Assembly: GCA_963717505.1 (NCBI GenBank)
Contig: OY970342.1
Coordinates: 3,680,001-3,744,000 of the forward strand
Direction of reading: 5' to 3'
Length of the DNA stretch: 64,000 nt
From: Candidatus Eiseniibacteriota bacterium
GTDB lineage: Bacteria; Eisenbacteria; RBG-16-71-46
Position numbers and translations under genes: made by a program. This document shows, piece after piece, positions 45,168 to 55,047 of this stretch (positions are counted from its first letter, which is position 1; each line of letters begins with the position of its first letter). The notes under the pieces were generated by a model. That model saw nothing but the letters and a program-made list of their open reading frames with translations, had not been told where the DNA came from and did no database searches.

Positions 45168-47747
45168 TTGAACACACCACTCGCTCCCGCTCGAGTCCTG
45201 CTCGCCGTCGCCACCTTGAGCCTCGCCGTCGGACTCGCGAGCCAGAGCCGCCGCGACCGGTTGCCTGCACCACCCGTGCCTGACACCAAGGGCGAGATCG
45301 GCATGCGCGCGCCCGATCTTCATTTCTTCGCCCAGCGCGCATGGCCGCTCGGCCGTATTCCCCTCGATCAGTGGCGGCGGGCGCGGATCGATGCCGCCGA
45401 GCAACGCGCCGAGAACACGTTGGCGTCGGGATGGGATTTTCGCGGGCCGACCAACATCGGCGGGCGCATCGCCGACCTCGCGGTCGACCCGCTCGACCCG
45501 AATCGCGTCTTCGCCGCCTGCGCCGAAGGCGGCGTGCTGCGGACCACCGACGGCGGCGACACCTGGACGCCGGTGTTCGACGCGCAGTCGACGCTCGCGG
45601 TCGGCGCGGTGGCCATCGATCCGAGCCAGTCGAACGTGATCTATGCCGGCACCGGTGAGCCGAACCCGGGTGGCGGCAGCGTCGCGTACGGCGGTGACGG
45701 GATCTATCGCTCGATGGACGGCGGCGACACCTGGACGCACCTCGGGCTCGACGGCACCGGCGCCATCGGACGGATCCTGGTCGATACCTCGAATCCGCAG
45801 CGGATCTTCGTGGCTGCGGTCGGCGCACTGTGGGAGACCGGACCCGATCGCGGCGTCTATCGCTCGACCGACGGCGGCGCGTCGTGGACGCGCGTGCTGC
45901 ACACCGGCGTCGACGCCGGGGCCGTCGACTTGGTGCAACGTCCCGACCAGCCGAATGTGCTGTTCGCCGCGATCTGGCAGCGCCTGCGCCAACCCGAGGC
46001 CTTCGACTACGGCGGGCCGCAGTGCGCGGTGTACCGGAGCACAAACAGCGGCGACAGCTGGTCGATCGTCGGCGGCGGGTTGCCGGCGCCGCACGACACT
46101 CTGGGACGGATCGGAATCACGCTGTGCGCGAGCCAGCCCAACACGATGTATGCGGTGTACGCGCACCGCACCGGCCGGTTCGCCGGCGTCTTCCGCTCGA
46201 CCAACGGCGGCGCCAACTGGACGCGTCTCCCCGATCCCGGCTCGACGTCGACGTTCGGCTGGTGGTTCGGCAACATCCGCGTCGACCCCAACGATCCCAA
46301 CCGGGTCTTCATCCTCGAGCTGCCGCTGTTCCGCAGCACCAATGCCGGCGCGAGCTGGGCGCGGGTCGATGCCGGCGTCCACGTCGACCATCACGCGATG
46401 GCGTTCGTTCCCGGTCCGAATCCGACGGTGTACGAGGGCAACGACGGCGGCATCTATCGGTCCGACAACGACGGCGCGACCTGGCAGTTCGCCGGCGGCC
46501 AGCCGATCACCCAGTTCTACCGGCTCGCGCTCGACGCATCGAATCCGAGCGCGCTCTACGGCGGTGCCCAGGACAACAGCACGATGCGCACCCTGACCGG
46601 CGGGCTCGACGACTATGACGTGATCTTCGGCGGCGACGGCTTTCAGCCGCTGATCCACCCGCTGACTCCGAGTCGGATCTGGGCGCAGTTCCAGTACGGC
46701 TCGCTGTCGTATTCATCCGACGGCGGCGCCAGCTGGGTCACGGCGCTCACCGGGATTCCGGGCACCGATCGCAAGAACTGGAACTCGCCGATCGCGCAGG
46801 ATCCGGGGAACTCGGAAGTCCGCTACTTCGGTACGCAACGGCTGTGGCGGTCGACCTCGAACACCACGTGGGTCGCGGTGAGCGGCGATCTCACAGGCGG
46901 CGTTCACCTCGGCAACCAGGGTCAGGTCAATGGAACCCTGACGTCGATCGGCGTCTCCCCGATCGACGGCAATGTGTTGTGGACCGGCAGTGACGACGGG
47001 CTGGTTCAGGTGTCCACCAACGGCGGCGCCATCTGGACCAACGTCAGCGCCGGACTGCCCGGTCGATGGGTGACCTCGGTGGAACCCTCGCCGTTCTCCC
47101 CCGGTTGGGCGTACGTCACAGTCTCGGGCTTCCGCTGGGCCGAGACCCTGCCCCGCGTCTATCGCACTCGGGACTACGGCGTGACCTGGACCCCGATCGC
47201 CTCCAACTTGCCCGATGCCCCAGCCAACGATGTCGTCGCCGATCCCGAGACCGCCGGCCGGCTGTTCGTCGCCACCGACCTCGGCGTCCATCAGTCGTTC
47301 GACGACGGCGACTCGTGGACGCTGCCCGGCACCGGCATGCCGAGCGTGGTGGTCACCGACATGGTGCTGCAGACATCGACCCGGACGTTGGTCGCGGGCA
47401 CCTACGGGCGCTCGATCTACTCGATCTCGGTGCCGGTCACGGCGGCGGTCCCCGGCCCGACGCCCGCAATCGCCGGCCGGTTGCTGCCGCCGGCGCCCAA
47501 TCCCACGCGCGGCGGCGCGTGGCTCTCATGGGAGCTGGCTGCCCCTGCTCCGGTGTCGCTCGACATCGTCTCGGTCAACGGCCGTCGCGTGCGCTCGCTG
47601 ACCGCCGCGAGCGCGAGCGCTGCCGGGCGCACATGGTGGGATGCGCGTGACCAACACGGGCAGCGCGTTCCGGCTGGCGTCTACTACATACGAGCGCACG
47701 CGGGCGAGCGGCCGCTCGCAAGTGGCCGCGTGGTGGTCGCCCCGTAG
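45168..47747 (+). CDS. Secreted BNR/Asp-box (VPS10-like) beta-propeller protein with FlgD/T9SS-type C-terminal domain
   Basis: Repeated (S/T)xD/NGGxxW; GPTNIGGRI; GGAQDN; C-terminal PNPT...GVYYIR; TTG start after GGAG. Confidence 0.85.
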   Translation: MNTPLAPARVLLAVATLSLAVGLASQSRRDRLPAPPVPDTKGEIGMRAPDLHFFAQRAWPLGRIPLDQWRRARIDAAEQRAENTLASGWDFRGPTNIGGRIADLAVDPLDPNRVFAACAEGGVLRTTDGGDTWTPVFDAQSTLAVGAVAIDPSQSNVIYAGTGEPNPGGGSVAYGGDGIYRSMDGGDTWTHLGLDGTGAIGRILVDTSNPQRIFVAAVGALWETGPDRGVYRSTDGGASWTRVLHTGVDAGAVDLVQRPDQPNVLFAAIWQRLRQPEAFDYGGPQCAVYRSTNSGDSWSIVGGGLPAPHDTLGRIGITLCASQPNTMYAVYAHRTGRFAGVFRSTNGGANWTRLPDPGSTSTFGWWFGNIRVDPNDPNRVFILELPLFRSTNAGASWARVDAGVHVDHHAMAFVPGPNPTVYEGNDGGIYRSDNDGATWQFAGGQPITQFYRLALDASNPSALYGGAQDNSTMRTLTGGLDDYDVIFGGDGFQPLIHPLTPSRIWAQFQYGSLSYSSDGGASWVTALTGIPGTDRKNWNSPIAQDPGNSEVRYFGTQRLWRSTSNTTWVAVSGDLTGGVHLGNQGQVNGTLTSIGVSPIDGNVLWTGSDDGLVQVSTNGGAIWTNVSAGLPGRWVTSVEPSPFSPGWAYVTVSGFRWAETLPRVYRTRDYGVTWTPIASNLPDAPANDVVADPETAGRLFVATDLGVHQSFDDGDSWTLPGTGMPSVVVTDMVLQTSTRTLVAGTYGRSIYSISVPVTAAVPGPTPAIAGRLLPPAPNPTRGGAWLSWELAAPAPVSLDIVSVNGRRVRSLTAASASAAGRTWWDARDQHGQRVPAGVYYIRAHAGERPLASGRVVVAP

Positions 47748-47974
47748 CGCGACGTCCTCAGTAACCCGGCCCGGGATCTGGAATACGACGGACAGGATCG
47801 ACGATGCCCGGCGCGTCGAGCACGCCCGAGAAGCGATAGCGGACTCCGAGGCTCACGGCGGGCGGCGATCGAGTTCCGTCCATGGAGGAGAGCGAGGCCA
47901 ATCTAGCGCGCTCGACCGGTGCGACAAGGACGAGCCACTCGTCCGGGACCCCGGCGTCCGTTAGAGTCCTACCC

Positions 47975-49750
47975 ATGAAGAGTCGAGATCCGGGGCAGTC
48001 TCGAGTGCTTCTCGGGTCCGTCGTGGTCGTGATTGCGTGGGCCGTGGCGTCGGCCGTGGCGGCCGACCTTCCCGCCGATCTGGTTCTGATTCGCGGCAAC
48101 GTGGTGACCATGGATCCCGCGCGCCCGCACGCCGAAGCGATCGCGATCCGCGGCGATCGGATCGTGGCGGTCGGCGCGCGACACGAAATCGGCCAGTACA
48201 TCGGCCCGAAGACCCAGGTCGTGGATCTGGCCGGACAGCTCGCGATTCCGGGATTCATCGAGAGCCACGGCCATTTCATCAGTCTCGGGCGTCGCGTGCG
48301 CCAGGTGCGCGCCGAGCAGGCACGCACTTGGGACGATTTGGTCACCACAGTCGCCGAAGCCGCGCGGCAACGTCCCAAGGGTGAATGGATCCTCGGGCGC
48401 GGCTGGCACCAGGAAAAGTGGAGCCGTCCGCCCGACGTCACGGTCGAGGGCTTCCCGGTGCACGACGCGCTGAGCCGCGTGTCGCCGGATCATCCGGTGC
48501 TGCTGACCCACGCCAGCGGTCACGCGTCGATCGCGAACGCCAAGGCGCTCGAGCTGGCCGGCATCGACGACCAGACGCCGAACCCGACCGGCGGCGAGAT
48601 CCTGCGAGACTCCACCGGCCGCGCGACCGGCGTGCTGCGCGAGACCGCGAGCGGCCTGGTGCAGGAGGCTTACGCGACGTCGCAGGCGAAGCGCACCGAC
48701 GCCGAGCGAGTCGCGGACCTGCGTTTGGATATCGCGACCGCGGGCGCCGAGTGCCTGTCCAAAGGCATCACCAGCTTCCACGACGCCGGCTCGAATTTCG
48801 CGACGCTCGATGTTTTCCGCGCGATGGCCGACGAAGGCGCGCTGCCGGTTCGGCTGTGGGTCATGGCCCGCGACCGGAACGCGGCGCTGGCGCGGCACCT
48901 TTCGGAGTATCGCGAGATCGGCCGCGGCAAGGGCTTCCTCACGGTGCGGGCGATCAAGGTGGCGATGGACGGAGCGCTCGGCTCGCGCGGCGCCTGGCTG
49001 CTCGAACCCTATTCGGACTTGCCCGGACACACCGGCCTCAACACCACGCCGGTCGACTCGATTCGCGTCACCGCGCGGCTGGCGATCGAACACGACATGC
49101 AACTGTGTGTGCACGCGATCGGGGATCGCGCCAACCGCGTCACGCTCGATGTGTTCGAGGAAGCGTTCCGCCTGAAGGCGCCGGCGTTGGCCACGGCTTC
49201 GGCCGGCGGCGGGAGCAACGGTCGCCCGCTGCGCTGGCGTATCGAGCATGCCCAGCACCTGAACCCCGACGACGTTCCGCGTTTCGCGAAGAATGGCATC
49301 ATCGCCGCGATGCAAGGCATTCACTGCACGTCCGATGCGCCGTGGGTGCCGCCGCGGCTCGGCGAGCAGCGGGCGGCTTCGGGCGCCTACCTGTGGCGGA
49401 CCTTGATCGATGCCGGCGTGCTGATCGTCAACGGCACCGACGCGCCGGTGGAAGACGTGGATCCCCTGGCATCCTTCCATGCCTCGGTGACGCGCCTCAC
49501 GCCGACCGGGGACGTGTTCTACGGCGCGCAGCGCATGACCCGCGAGGAAGCACTCGCCTCCTACACGCGCAACGCCGCTTACGCCGCCTTCGAGGAGGAC
49601 GTGAAGGGCACATTGGCGCCGGGACGCCTGGCCGATGTCACCGTGCTCACTCGGGACATCCTCACCTGCCCCGACGAAGAGATCCTTTCCGCCCGGGTGG
49701 CGATGACCATCCTCGGGGGACGCATCGTCTTCACCGCCGCGGAGCCTTGA
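47975..49750 (+). CDS. Amidohydrolase-3 (YtcJ-like) metal-dependent hydrolase
   Basis: PGFIESHGH, DGALGSRGA, HAIGDRAN, RIEHAQ, GTDAPVE. Confidence 0.9.
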   Translation: MKSRDPGQSRVLLGSVVVVIAWAVASAVAADLPADLVLIRGNVVTMDPARPHAEAIAIRGDRIVAVGARHEIGQYIGPKTQVVDLAGQLAIPGFIESHGHFISLGRRVRQVRAEQARTWDDLVTTVAEAARQRPKGEWILGRGWHQEKWSRPPDVTVEGFPVHDALSRVSPDHPVLLTHASGHASIANAKALELAGIDDQTPNPTGGEILRDSTGRATGVLRETASGLVQEAYATSQAKRTDAERVADLRLDIATAGAECLSKGITSFHDAGSNFATLDVFRAMADEGALPVRLWVMARDRNAALARHLSEYREIGRGKGFLTVRAIKVAMDGALGSRGAWLLEPYSDLPGHTGLNTTPVDSIRVTARLAIEHDMQLCVHAIGDRANRVTLDVFEEAFRLKAPALATASAGGGSNGRPLRWRIEHAQHLNPDDVPRFAKNGIIAAMQGIHCTSDAPWVPPRLGEQRAASGAYLWRTLIDAGVLIVNGTDAPVEDVDPLASFHASVTRLTPTGDVFYGAQRMTREEALASYTRNAAYAAFEEDVKGTLAPGRLADVTVLTRDILTCPDEEILSARVAMTILGGRIVFTAAEP

Positions 49751-51059
49751 GGCGCGACAACATCACGGCGATTCGCTTCGCGTTCATCGGCAGCGTTCGC
49801 AGATCCGCGACTTCACGCACGGTGTGGCCGCCGTCGCCCATGAGTCCGATGCCGTCGATCGCGCCCTCCACCCGCCCGGCAGTGAACGAGACGTCGGCGG
49901 CCCCGGCGCGCGACGGATCGACCGCGGCCACCGGGCCGAATCCGAGGTCGCGGCTGGCGCGATCGAACTCGTCCAAGAGTCGCTGATTGCCGGGAATCGG
50001 CGCCAGCGGCGGATAGCCGTCGTCGAACTCGAGCTCGGCGCCGGTGCCCGGAAGGTGGCGCGCGACGATCCTGCGCATGGCGGCCTTCGCCTGTTCGCGC
50101 TGCTCCAGCGACAACGCGCGCAGATCGCCAGCGACCACGGTGCTCTCGGCGACCACGTTGGTCTTGCCAAATGCGGTGCCGCGCCCCTCTTCCGCGCTGT
50201 AGCCGATCGTCGTTCCGCCGACGACCACGCCGGGATTGAAGGTCAGGTAGCGCTCGACCGAGAGCGAGTCGTGAATCGCGGCAAGGAATCGAGCGGCTTC
50301 GAACACGCTGCCGCTGCCGACGCCCTCGCGGAAGATCTGCGACGAGTGGGCGGCCCGGCCGCCCGTGCGCAGCGTCCAGCTCGAGGAGCCACGGCGAGCG
50401 ATGACCGCGGTCTTGGGATCGCCGGCCCCGTCCTCGAAACCAATGGCCAGGTCGGCGTGATCGGCGGCGGCGATCAGGTCGCGTCGCGCCAGATCGAGCG
50501 GACGGCCGGATTTCTCCTCGTCGCCGGTCAGAACCGCGGTGACGTCGAGGCGATCGAGCCGGCCCGCCTCGGCCAGCGCGCGGAGCGCCAGCAGCATGAC
50601 GACGTTGCCGCCCTTCATGTCGATGACGCCGGGCCCGGCGGCGGTCGAGTCGTCGAGTCGCTGGAAACGCTGGAACGGGCTGTCGGCCTCGAACACGGTG
50701 TCGAGGTGCCCGATCAACAGCACCCGGAGATCCGCCGAGCGCCCGCGACGCTCGGCGACCAGATGCCCGGCGCGCTCGAACGGCGCGCCGTCGACCCAAC
50801 GCGTCGTGAAACCGAGGCGTTCGAATTCCGCTCGGAACATGCGGCCGACCTCGGCGACGCCGGCGAAGTTCATGGTGCCGCTGTTGACGTCGACCACCCG
50901 TTCGAGAAAGACCAGCGACTCGGGCACGCCGCGATCCACCGCGGCCGAGATCTTCCGCTCGGTGGCGGTCAACGGCTCGGCCCGGGCCCGGGAAGAAGTG
51001 AAGCCTGTCATCAGGGTGATCGCAGCGAGCGCGAGCGAAACCCCATCGTGGCGTGGCAT
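49731..51059 (-). CDS. M20-family metallopeptidase (glutamate carboxypeptidase-like)
   Basis: GHLDTVF, GPGVIDMKGG, GDEE, GGHTVRE; signal peptide. Confidence 0.9.
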   Translation of the reverse strand: MPRHDGVSLALAAITLMTGFTSSRARAEPLTATERKISAAVDRGVPESLVFLERVVDVNSGTMNFAGVAEVGRMFRAEFERLGFTTRWVDGAPFERAGHLVAERRGRSADLRVLLIGHLDTVFEADSPFQRFQRLDDSTAAGPGVIDMKGGNVVMLLALRALAEAGRLDRLDVTAVLTGDEEKSGRPLDLARRDLIAAADHADLAIGFEDGAGDPKTAVIARRGSSSWTLRTGGRAAHSSQIFREGVGSGSVFEAARFLAAIHDSLSVERYLTFNPGVVVGGTTIGYSAEEGRGTAFGKTNVVAESTVVAGDLRALSLEQREQAKAAMRRIVARHLPGTGAELEFDDGYPPLAPIPGNQRLLDEFDRASRDLGFGPVAAVDPSRAGAADVSFTAGRVEGAIDGIGLMGDGGHTVREVADLRTLPMNAKRIAVMLSRLKAPRR

Positions 51060-51133
51060 GCGGCGATCCTAGCGCACGTGCCACGCGTTCGCCCGACCAT
51101 CCGGCCGCCGGCGGGTTCGGGCGACGCTTCGCG

Positions 51134-52519
51134 TCAGGCGACGGGCAGGATCAGCGAGAAGCTGCTGCCGCGACCGGGCGCCGAGTCGACCAGCAGCTGG
51201 CCGTCGAGTCGTTCGGCCAGCCGGCGGGCGGTGGCCAGCCCCATGCCCAGACCCCCGACCTTGCGGGTCGCCGAGTTGTCGGCCTGGCGGAACGGCTTGA
51301 ACAATTCGGAGAGGTGGGACGCCGCGATTCCCGGTCCGTTGTCGACCACCCGCCACGCGACCACCCGGCGTCCGTCCCGCTCGGCCTCGGTCACCCGCAG
51401 CTCGATCCGGGTTTCCGGAGGCGTGAACTTGATGGCGTTGTCGAGCAGCGCATCGAGCACCTGGAAGATGCGCAGGCGATCCGAGTGGACCAATGCGCGA
51501 CCGGTGTCGACCGACAGGTGGAAGTTCGGGTGCGACTCGACGACGTGCGGATGCCGGCTCTCGTAGTACTCGGTCGCCAGGCTCCGCGGATCGAGTTCCA
51601 TGACGTCCAGATCCATGGAGCCGTCGAGCGTCGAAGCGAAGTCGAGCAACGTCTGCACCATGTCGCGCAGCTTGGTCGCCTGTTCCATCACGCCGGTCAC
51701 GAAGCGCTGGCGCGAGGGGTCCGGGTCGGGCTCCTGCAACAGACAGTCGACGCACCCGATGATGATCGCGAGCGGTGTCCGCAGCTCGTGATTCACGGTC
51801 TGGAGGAACTCGGACTTGACCCGGTCCATCTCGCGCAGTTCGGTGTTGGCGCGTTCGAGGTCCTGATTGTGCTGCTCGAGGCTGGCGTACAGCCGGCGGT
51901 TTTCGATCGCGACCGCGACCATGCCCAGCGATGCGTTGAGCACATCGAGATCGAAGTCGGTGAAGTCGGCGCCGGCGGCGCGGCGGCCGAGCCCGACGAA
52001 GCCGCGGATGCGGGTGCCGGCCATCAGCGGGGCGAGCAAGGCGACGCCGCTGTGGTGCGCGAGATCGACCGCGGCCGGCTCGATCAGGGAACGGGCTTCG
52101 CCGATCCGCATGGGCGCTCGCAGGCGCGGCCGGTCGCCATGGAGCAGCGGCGAGAGCGCAGTGCCGAGGACGGTGGCGATTTCGGGTCGCACCCCGTGGC
52201 AGCGCACGACGTCGAGCCCGCTGGGCGGACCGCCGGCCTCGAGCCACATCACGGCTTGGGCGGTACCCAGGTGCCCCATGAGGTTGAACAGGACCAGGTC
52301 GGCGATGCCGCGGGCATCGAGCACGACCGACAACTCGCGGCTCAGCTCGAACAACGAGAGCAGGCTGTGCTCGCGCATCGCGACCAGCCGCAATTCCGGC
52401 GTGGATTCGCGCGATCGAAGCAGCGGCACCGGGCCCGTGAGCGAACCGCGTTCGGAACTACCCGCGGGCCCCTCGGGATCGGGCGGAATCGCCCCGGCAG
52501 GTCGCGCGGCTTCGGACAC
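51134..52519 (-). CDS. Cytoplasmic GAF-domain histidine kinase
   Basis: GAF (..VAVAIENRRLY), NHELRTP, NAIKFT, DNGPGI, GGLGMGL; starts 1 nt after the STAS stop. Confidence 0.9.
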   Translation of the reverse strand: MSEAARPAGAIPPDPEGPAGSSERGSLTGPVPLLRSRESTPELRLVAMREHSLLSLFELSRELSVVLDARGIADLVLFNLMGHLGTAQAVMWLEAGGPPSGLDVVRCHGVRPEIATVLGTALSPLLHGDRPRLRAPMRIGEARSLIEPAAVDLAHHSGVALLAPLMAGTRIRGFVGLGRRAAGADFTDFDLDVLNASLGMVAVAIENRRLYASLEQHNQDLERANTELREMDRVKSEFLQTVNHELRTPLAIIIGCVDCLLQEPDPDPSRQRFVTGVMEQATKLRDMVQTLLDFASTLDGSMDLDVMELDPRSLATEYYESRHPHVVESHPNFHLSVDTGRALVHSDRLRIFQVLDALLDNAIKFTPPETRIELRVTEAERDGRRVVAWRVVDNGPGIAASHLSELFKPFRQADNSATRKVGGLGMGLATARRLAERLDGQLLVDSAPGRGSSFSLILPVA

Positions 52520-52520
52520 C

Positions 52521-52871
52521 CTAGGCGGCGTGCTCCCGCGCCGCGTCGGCCTCGGAATCGTAGAGGGCGAGGAATTCCTGCAGGTTCAACAGTTCGACTG
52601 CCTCGCGCACCGTCTGTGACGGCGCCGCCAGGCGCAGACTCGCGCCCCGCTCGCGGAACTCCTCGGTGAGCGCGAGCAGCGATCCGATGCCCGAGGAGGA
52701 GAGAAACGTCACGCCCTCGAGATTGAGGATCAGGGGACGGCCGCGCTCGCGAACCGGCACACATTGCTCGATGAGCAACGGGGAAGTGCGCGCGTCCAGT
52801 CGTCCAATGACGCGGAGAACGTCCATGCCCCCGGGCTCCTGGGCAACCTCGAACGATACGTGTTCACTCAT
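52521..52871 (-). CDS. STAS anti-sigma-factor antagonist (copy 2)
   Basis: VIGRLDARTSP, LNLEGVTFLSSSGIGSL. Confidence 0.9.
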   Translation of the reverse strand: MSEHVSFEVAQEPGGMDVLRVIGRLDARTSPLLIEQCVPVRERGRPLILNLEGVTFLSSSGIGSLLALTEEFRERGASLRLAAPSQTVREAVELLNLQEFLALYDSEADAAREHAA

Positions 52872-55047
52872 GGCGTTCCTCCGGGACGTCGCCCATCCGC
52901 GTCGGGTCGAATACGAGTCGGGTCAGGTTCCCTTCGGACGTGCCCGGGTGATAGGAGATCTCGCTCAGGATCCTGCGGATCAGGTCGAGGCCGATGCCGC
53001 GCCCCTTGCGGCGCACCCGCGGATCGTTGAAGTCGAGCAGCGGCCGGTGCGGCGGCTTGAAAACCTTGCCGCGGTCGTGGATCAGCAGGTAGCCGTTGCG
53101 CACCCGATCGGCGAGTTTGGGTCCGGCGTCACCCGGAGCGGCGACCCACCACAGATCGAAGGAGCGTCCCGGCGCGAGGCCGTAGCCGTGCTCCACGATG
53201 TTGGCCGACAGTTCGTAGAGCGCGCTTTCGAGCAATCGCAGCGCCCGCGGGTTGAGCTGGCCGAGGTCGGTGCAGTTCTCGAGCCAGCCGCGAATCATCA
53301 CCAGATCCTCGAGTCGCGCCGTCAGGGTCAGCGACTGTCCGGTGCTCCGCGCTTCGGCCAGCCACGCGAGCGGCTCGGTCGCGACGGTCTCGGGCGGACT
53401 TGCCTGGGGCTCGCGCACCGGATCGGCCGAGGCGGTCAGCTCGCGGGCGATCACCAGAACGGTTTCGTCGTCCTGCGGCGTCTCGGTTCCCGTCCACTCC
53501 GAGACCGCGACCGCCAGCGCATCGATGACCGCCTTGGGTCCCCGGGAAGAACTGCGTTGGACGACCGCGGCGATTCGATCGAAGCCAAACTGCTCTCCCG
53601 TCTCACGATGCGCCGCTTCGCTGAAGCCATCCGTGAAGTGGACCGCGACGTCACCCGGCGCCAGGTCCACGGTCTCGTCGCTGAGCATGCGCTTGAGCGC
53701 GCCGGTCCGGACCGCTCCGATCGGAACCGCGCGAGCCCGATGCCACTCGGGGACCCGCTGCGCCGCGCGATAGATCAGCATGGGCGTGTGTCCCGCCGAG
53801 GCGAAGACCAGCCGGCCGGTCGCCGGATCGAGCACGCCGTAGAACATGGTGACGAACCCACCGCGCGACAGAGACTGGACCAGCGTTTCCTCCAGGGCGA
53901 TCAGGAGCTGGGCGGGCGACACATAAGCGTGCCGCAGCGCGCGCAGCAGCGCCGACAACATCGACATCACCAGACAGCCCGCGAGACCCTTGCCGGAAAC
54001 ATCCGCGATCGTGATTCCGATCCTGCCCTTAGACAGGGTCAGCAGGTCGAAGTAGTCGCCGCCGACTTCGGTCGCTGCGCGCTGAGCGCCTTCGAGCTCG
54101 AACCCGCCGGCGACCATGCGGCCCTGAGGCAGCAGCGAGCGCTGGATGCTCCGCGCCAGCTCGACCTCGCGCGCGAGACGTTCCTTTTCCACGGTCTCCT
54201 GCTGCGCCACTTTGAGCCGGGCGGCCATGCGGTTCACGGTATCGGCGAGCATCCCGAGCTCGGTGGGGTCGCGCGCGTCGATCGGGGTTTCGAGGTCGCC
54301 GCGCCCTATGCGTTCCAGGCCCTGACGCAGCACCGCGATCGGTCGCAACAGGAGCGACATGAGACCAAAGGTGAGCACGATGCCGAAGACCAGCACCGCG
54401 AGCAGCAGCAGAGACTGTTCCCGACGCGAGTCCGCGAGCGCCGAATCGAGATAGCTGCGCTGGATGCCGACCAACGTCGTGCCGATGCGGCCGCCCGAAG
54501 GCGGCTCGACCGGGGCCTGCGCCAGGAGCAGCGTGCGATTCTCGAGCAGCTCCTCCCCTTGGCGCAGCGTCACCTCGGAGCTGGCCGGTCGCAGATCGAG
54601 CGGCCAGACATATTCCACGCCGAGCTGGCGCGCGTCGGGGTGCCCCTGCACGACGCCCTTGTGGTCGAGCACGACCACGATCGGCAGCTCCTTGCGGGTG
54701 GCGGCGATCTCGCGGGCCATCGGATGGAGCGTGAGTTCGGGGAACTCGCCGAGCAGTGCTCCAGCGCTGGCCGTGGCCAGCGTGCGCGCCTCGAGCAGGA
54801 GCCGTGCGTGGAGCTCGCGTACCAGGGTGGTGCGTGCGTTTCGTTCCGAGATCACCGCCGCGCCGGTGACCGCGACCGTGAGCAGTGCTGCGGCGAGCAG
54901 CGGAGCCACGAGTCGCAGGCTGACCACCGGCCGGCGCGGGGCCGGCGGCTCGACCACGCGTGCGGACCGCGCCGGCGGCCGGTTGCCGGGGCGAACCGGT
55001 GTCGGCTCTTCGCGAAGCGCGGGCGCTGATCCGGGACGAGGCGTCAT
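52864..55047 (-). CDS. Membrane HAMP + PP2C/SpoIIE phosphatase + RsbW-type Ser kinase fusion (copy 2)
   Basis: GGDYFD, ADVSGKG, TDGFSE, DDET; ELSANIVEHGY, DRG, GRGIGL. Confidence 0.9.
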   Translation of the reverse strand: MTPRPGSAPALREEPTPVRPGNRPPARSARVVEPPAPRRPVVSLRLVAPLLAAALLTVAVTGAAVISERNARTTLVRELHARLLLEARTLATASAGALLGEFPELTLHPMAREIAATRKELPIVVVLDHKGVVQGHPDARQLGVEYVWPLDLRPASSEVTLRQGEELLENRTLLLAQAPVEPPSGGRIGTTLVGIQRSYLDSALADSRREQSLLLLAVLVFGIVLTFGLMSLLLRPIAVLRQGLERIGRGDLETPIDARDPTELGMLADTVNRMAARLKVAQQETVEKERLAREVELARSIQRSLLPQGRMVAGGFELEGAQRAATEVGGDYFDLLTLSKGRIGITIADVSGKGLAGCLVMSMLSALLRALRHAYVSPAQLLIALEETLVQSLSRGGFVTMFYGVLDPATGRLVFASAGHTPMLIYRAAQRVPEWHRARAVPIGAVRTGALKRMLSDETVDLAPGDVAVHFTDGFSEAAHRETGEQFGFDRIAAVVQRSSSRGPKAVIDALAVAVSEWTGTETPQDDETVLVIARELTASADPVREPQASPPETVATEPLAWLAEARSTGQSLTLTARLEDLVMIRGWLENCTDLGQLNPRALRLLESALYELSANIVEHGYGLAPGRSFDLWWVAAPGDAGPKLADRVRNGYLLIHDRGKVFKPPHRPLLDFNDPRVRRKGRGIGLDLIRRILSEISYHPGTSEGNLTRLVFDPTRMGDVPEERHE

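Noticed and set aside
43648-46044. 798-aa minus-strand ORF
   Set aside because: Only the last ~150 aa are DCC-like; the rest is Arg-rich shadow of plus-strand genes
47758-47883. Possible 41-aa minus-strand ORF in the intergenic gap
   Set aside because: No RBS or recognisable motif
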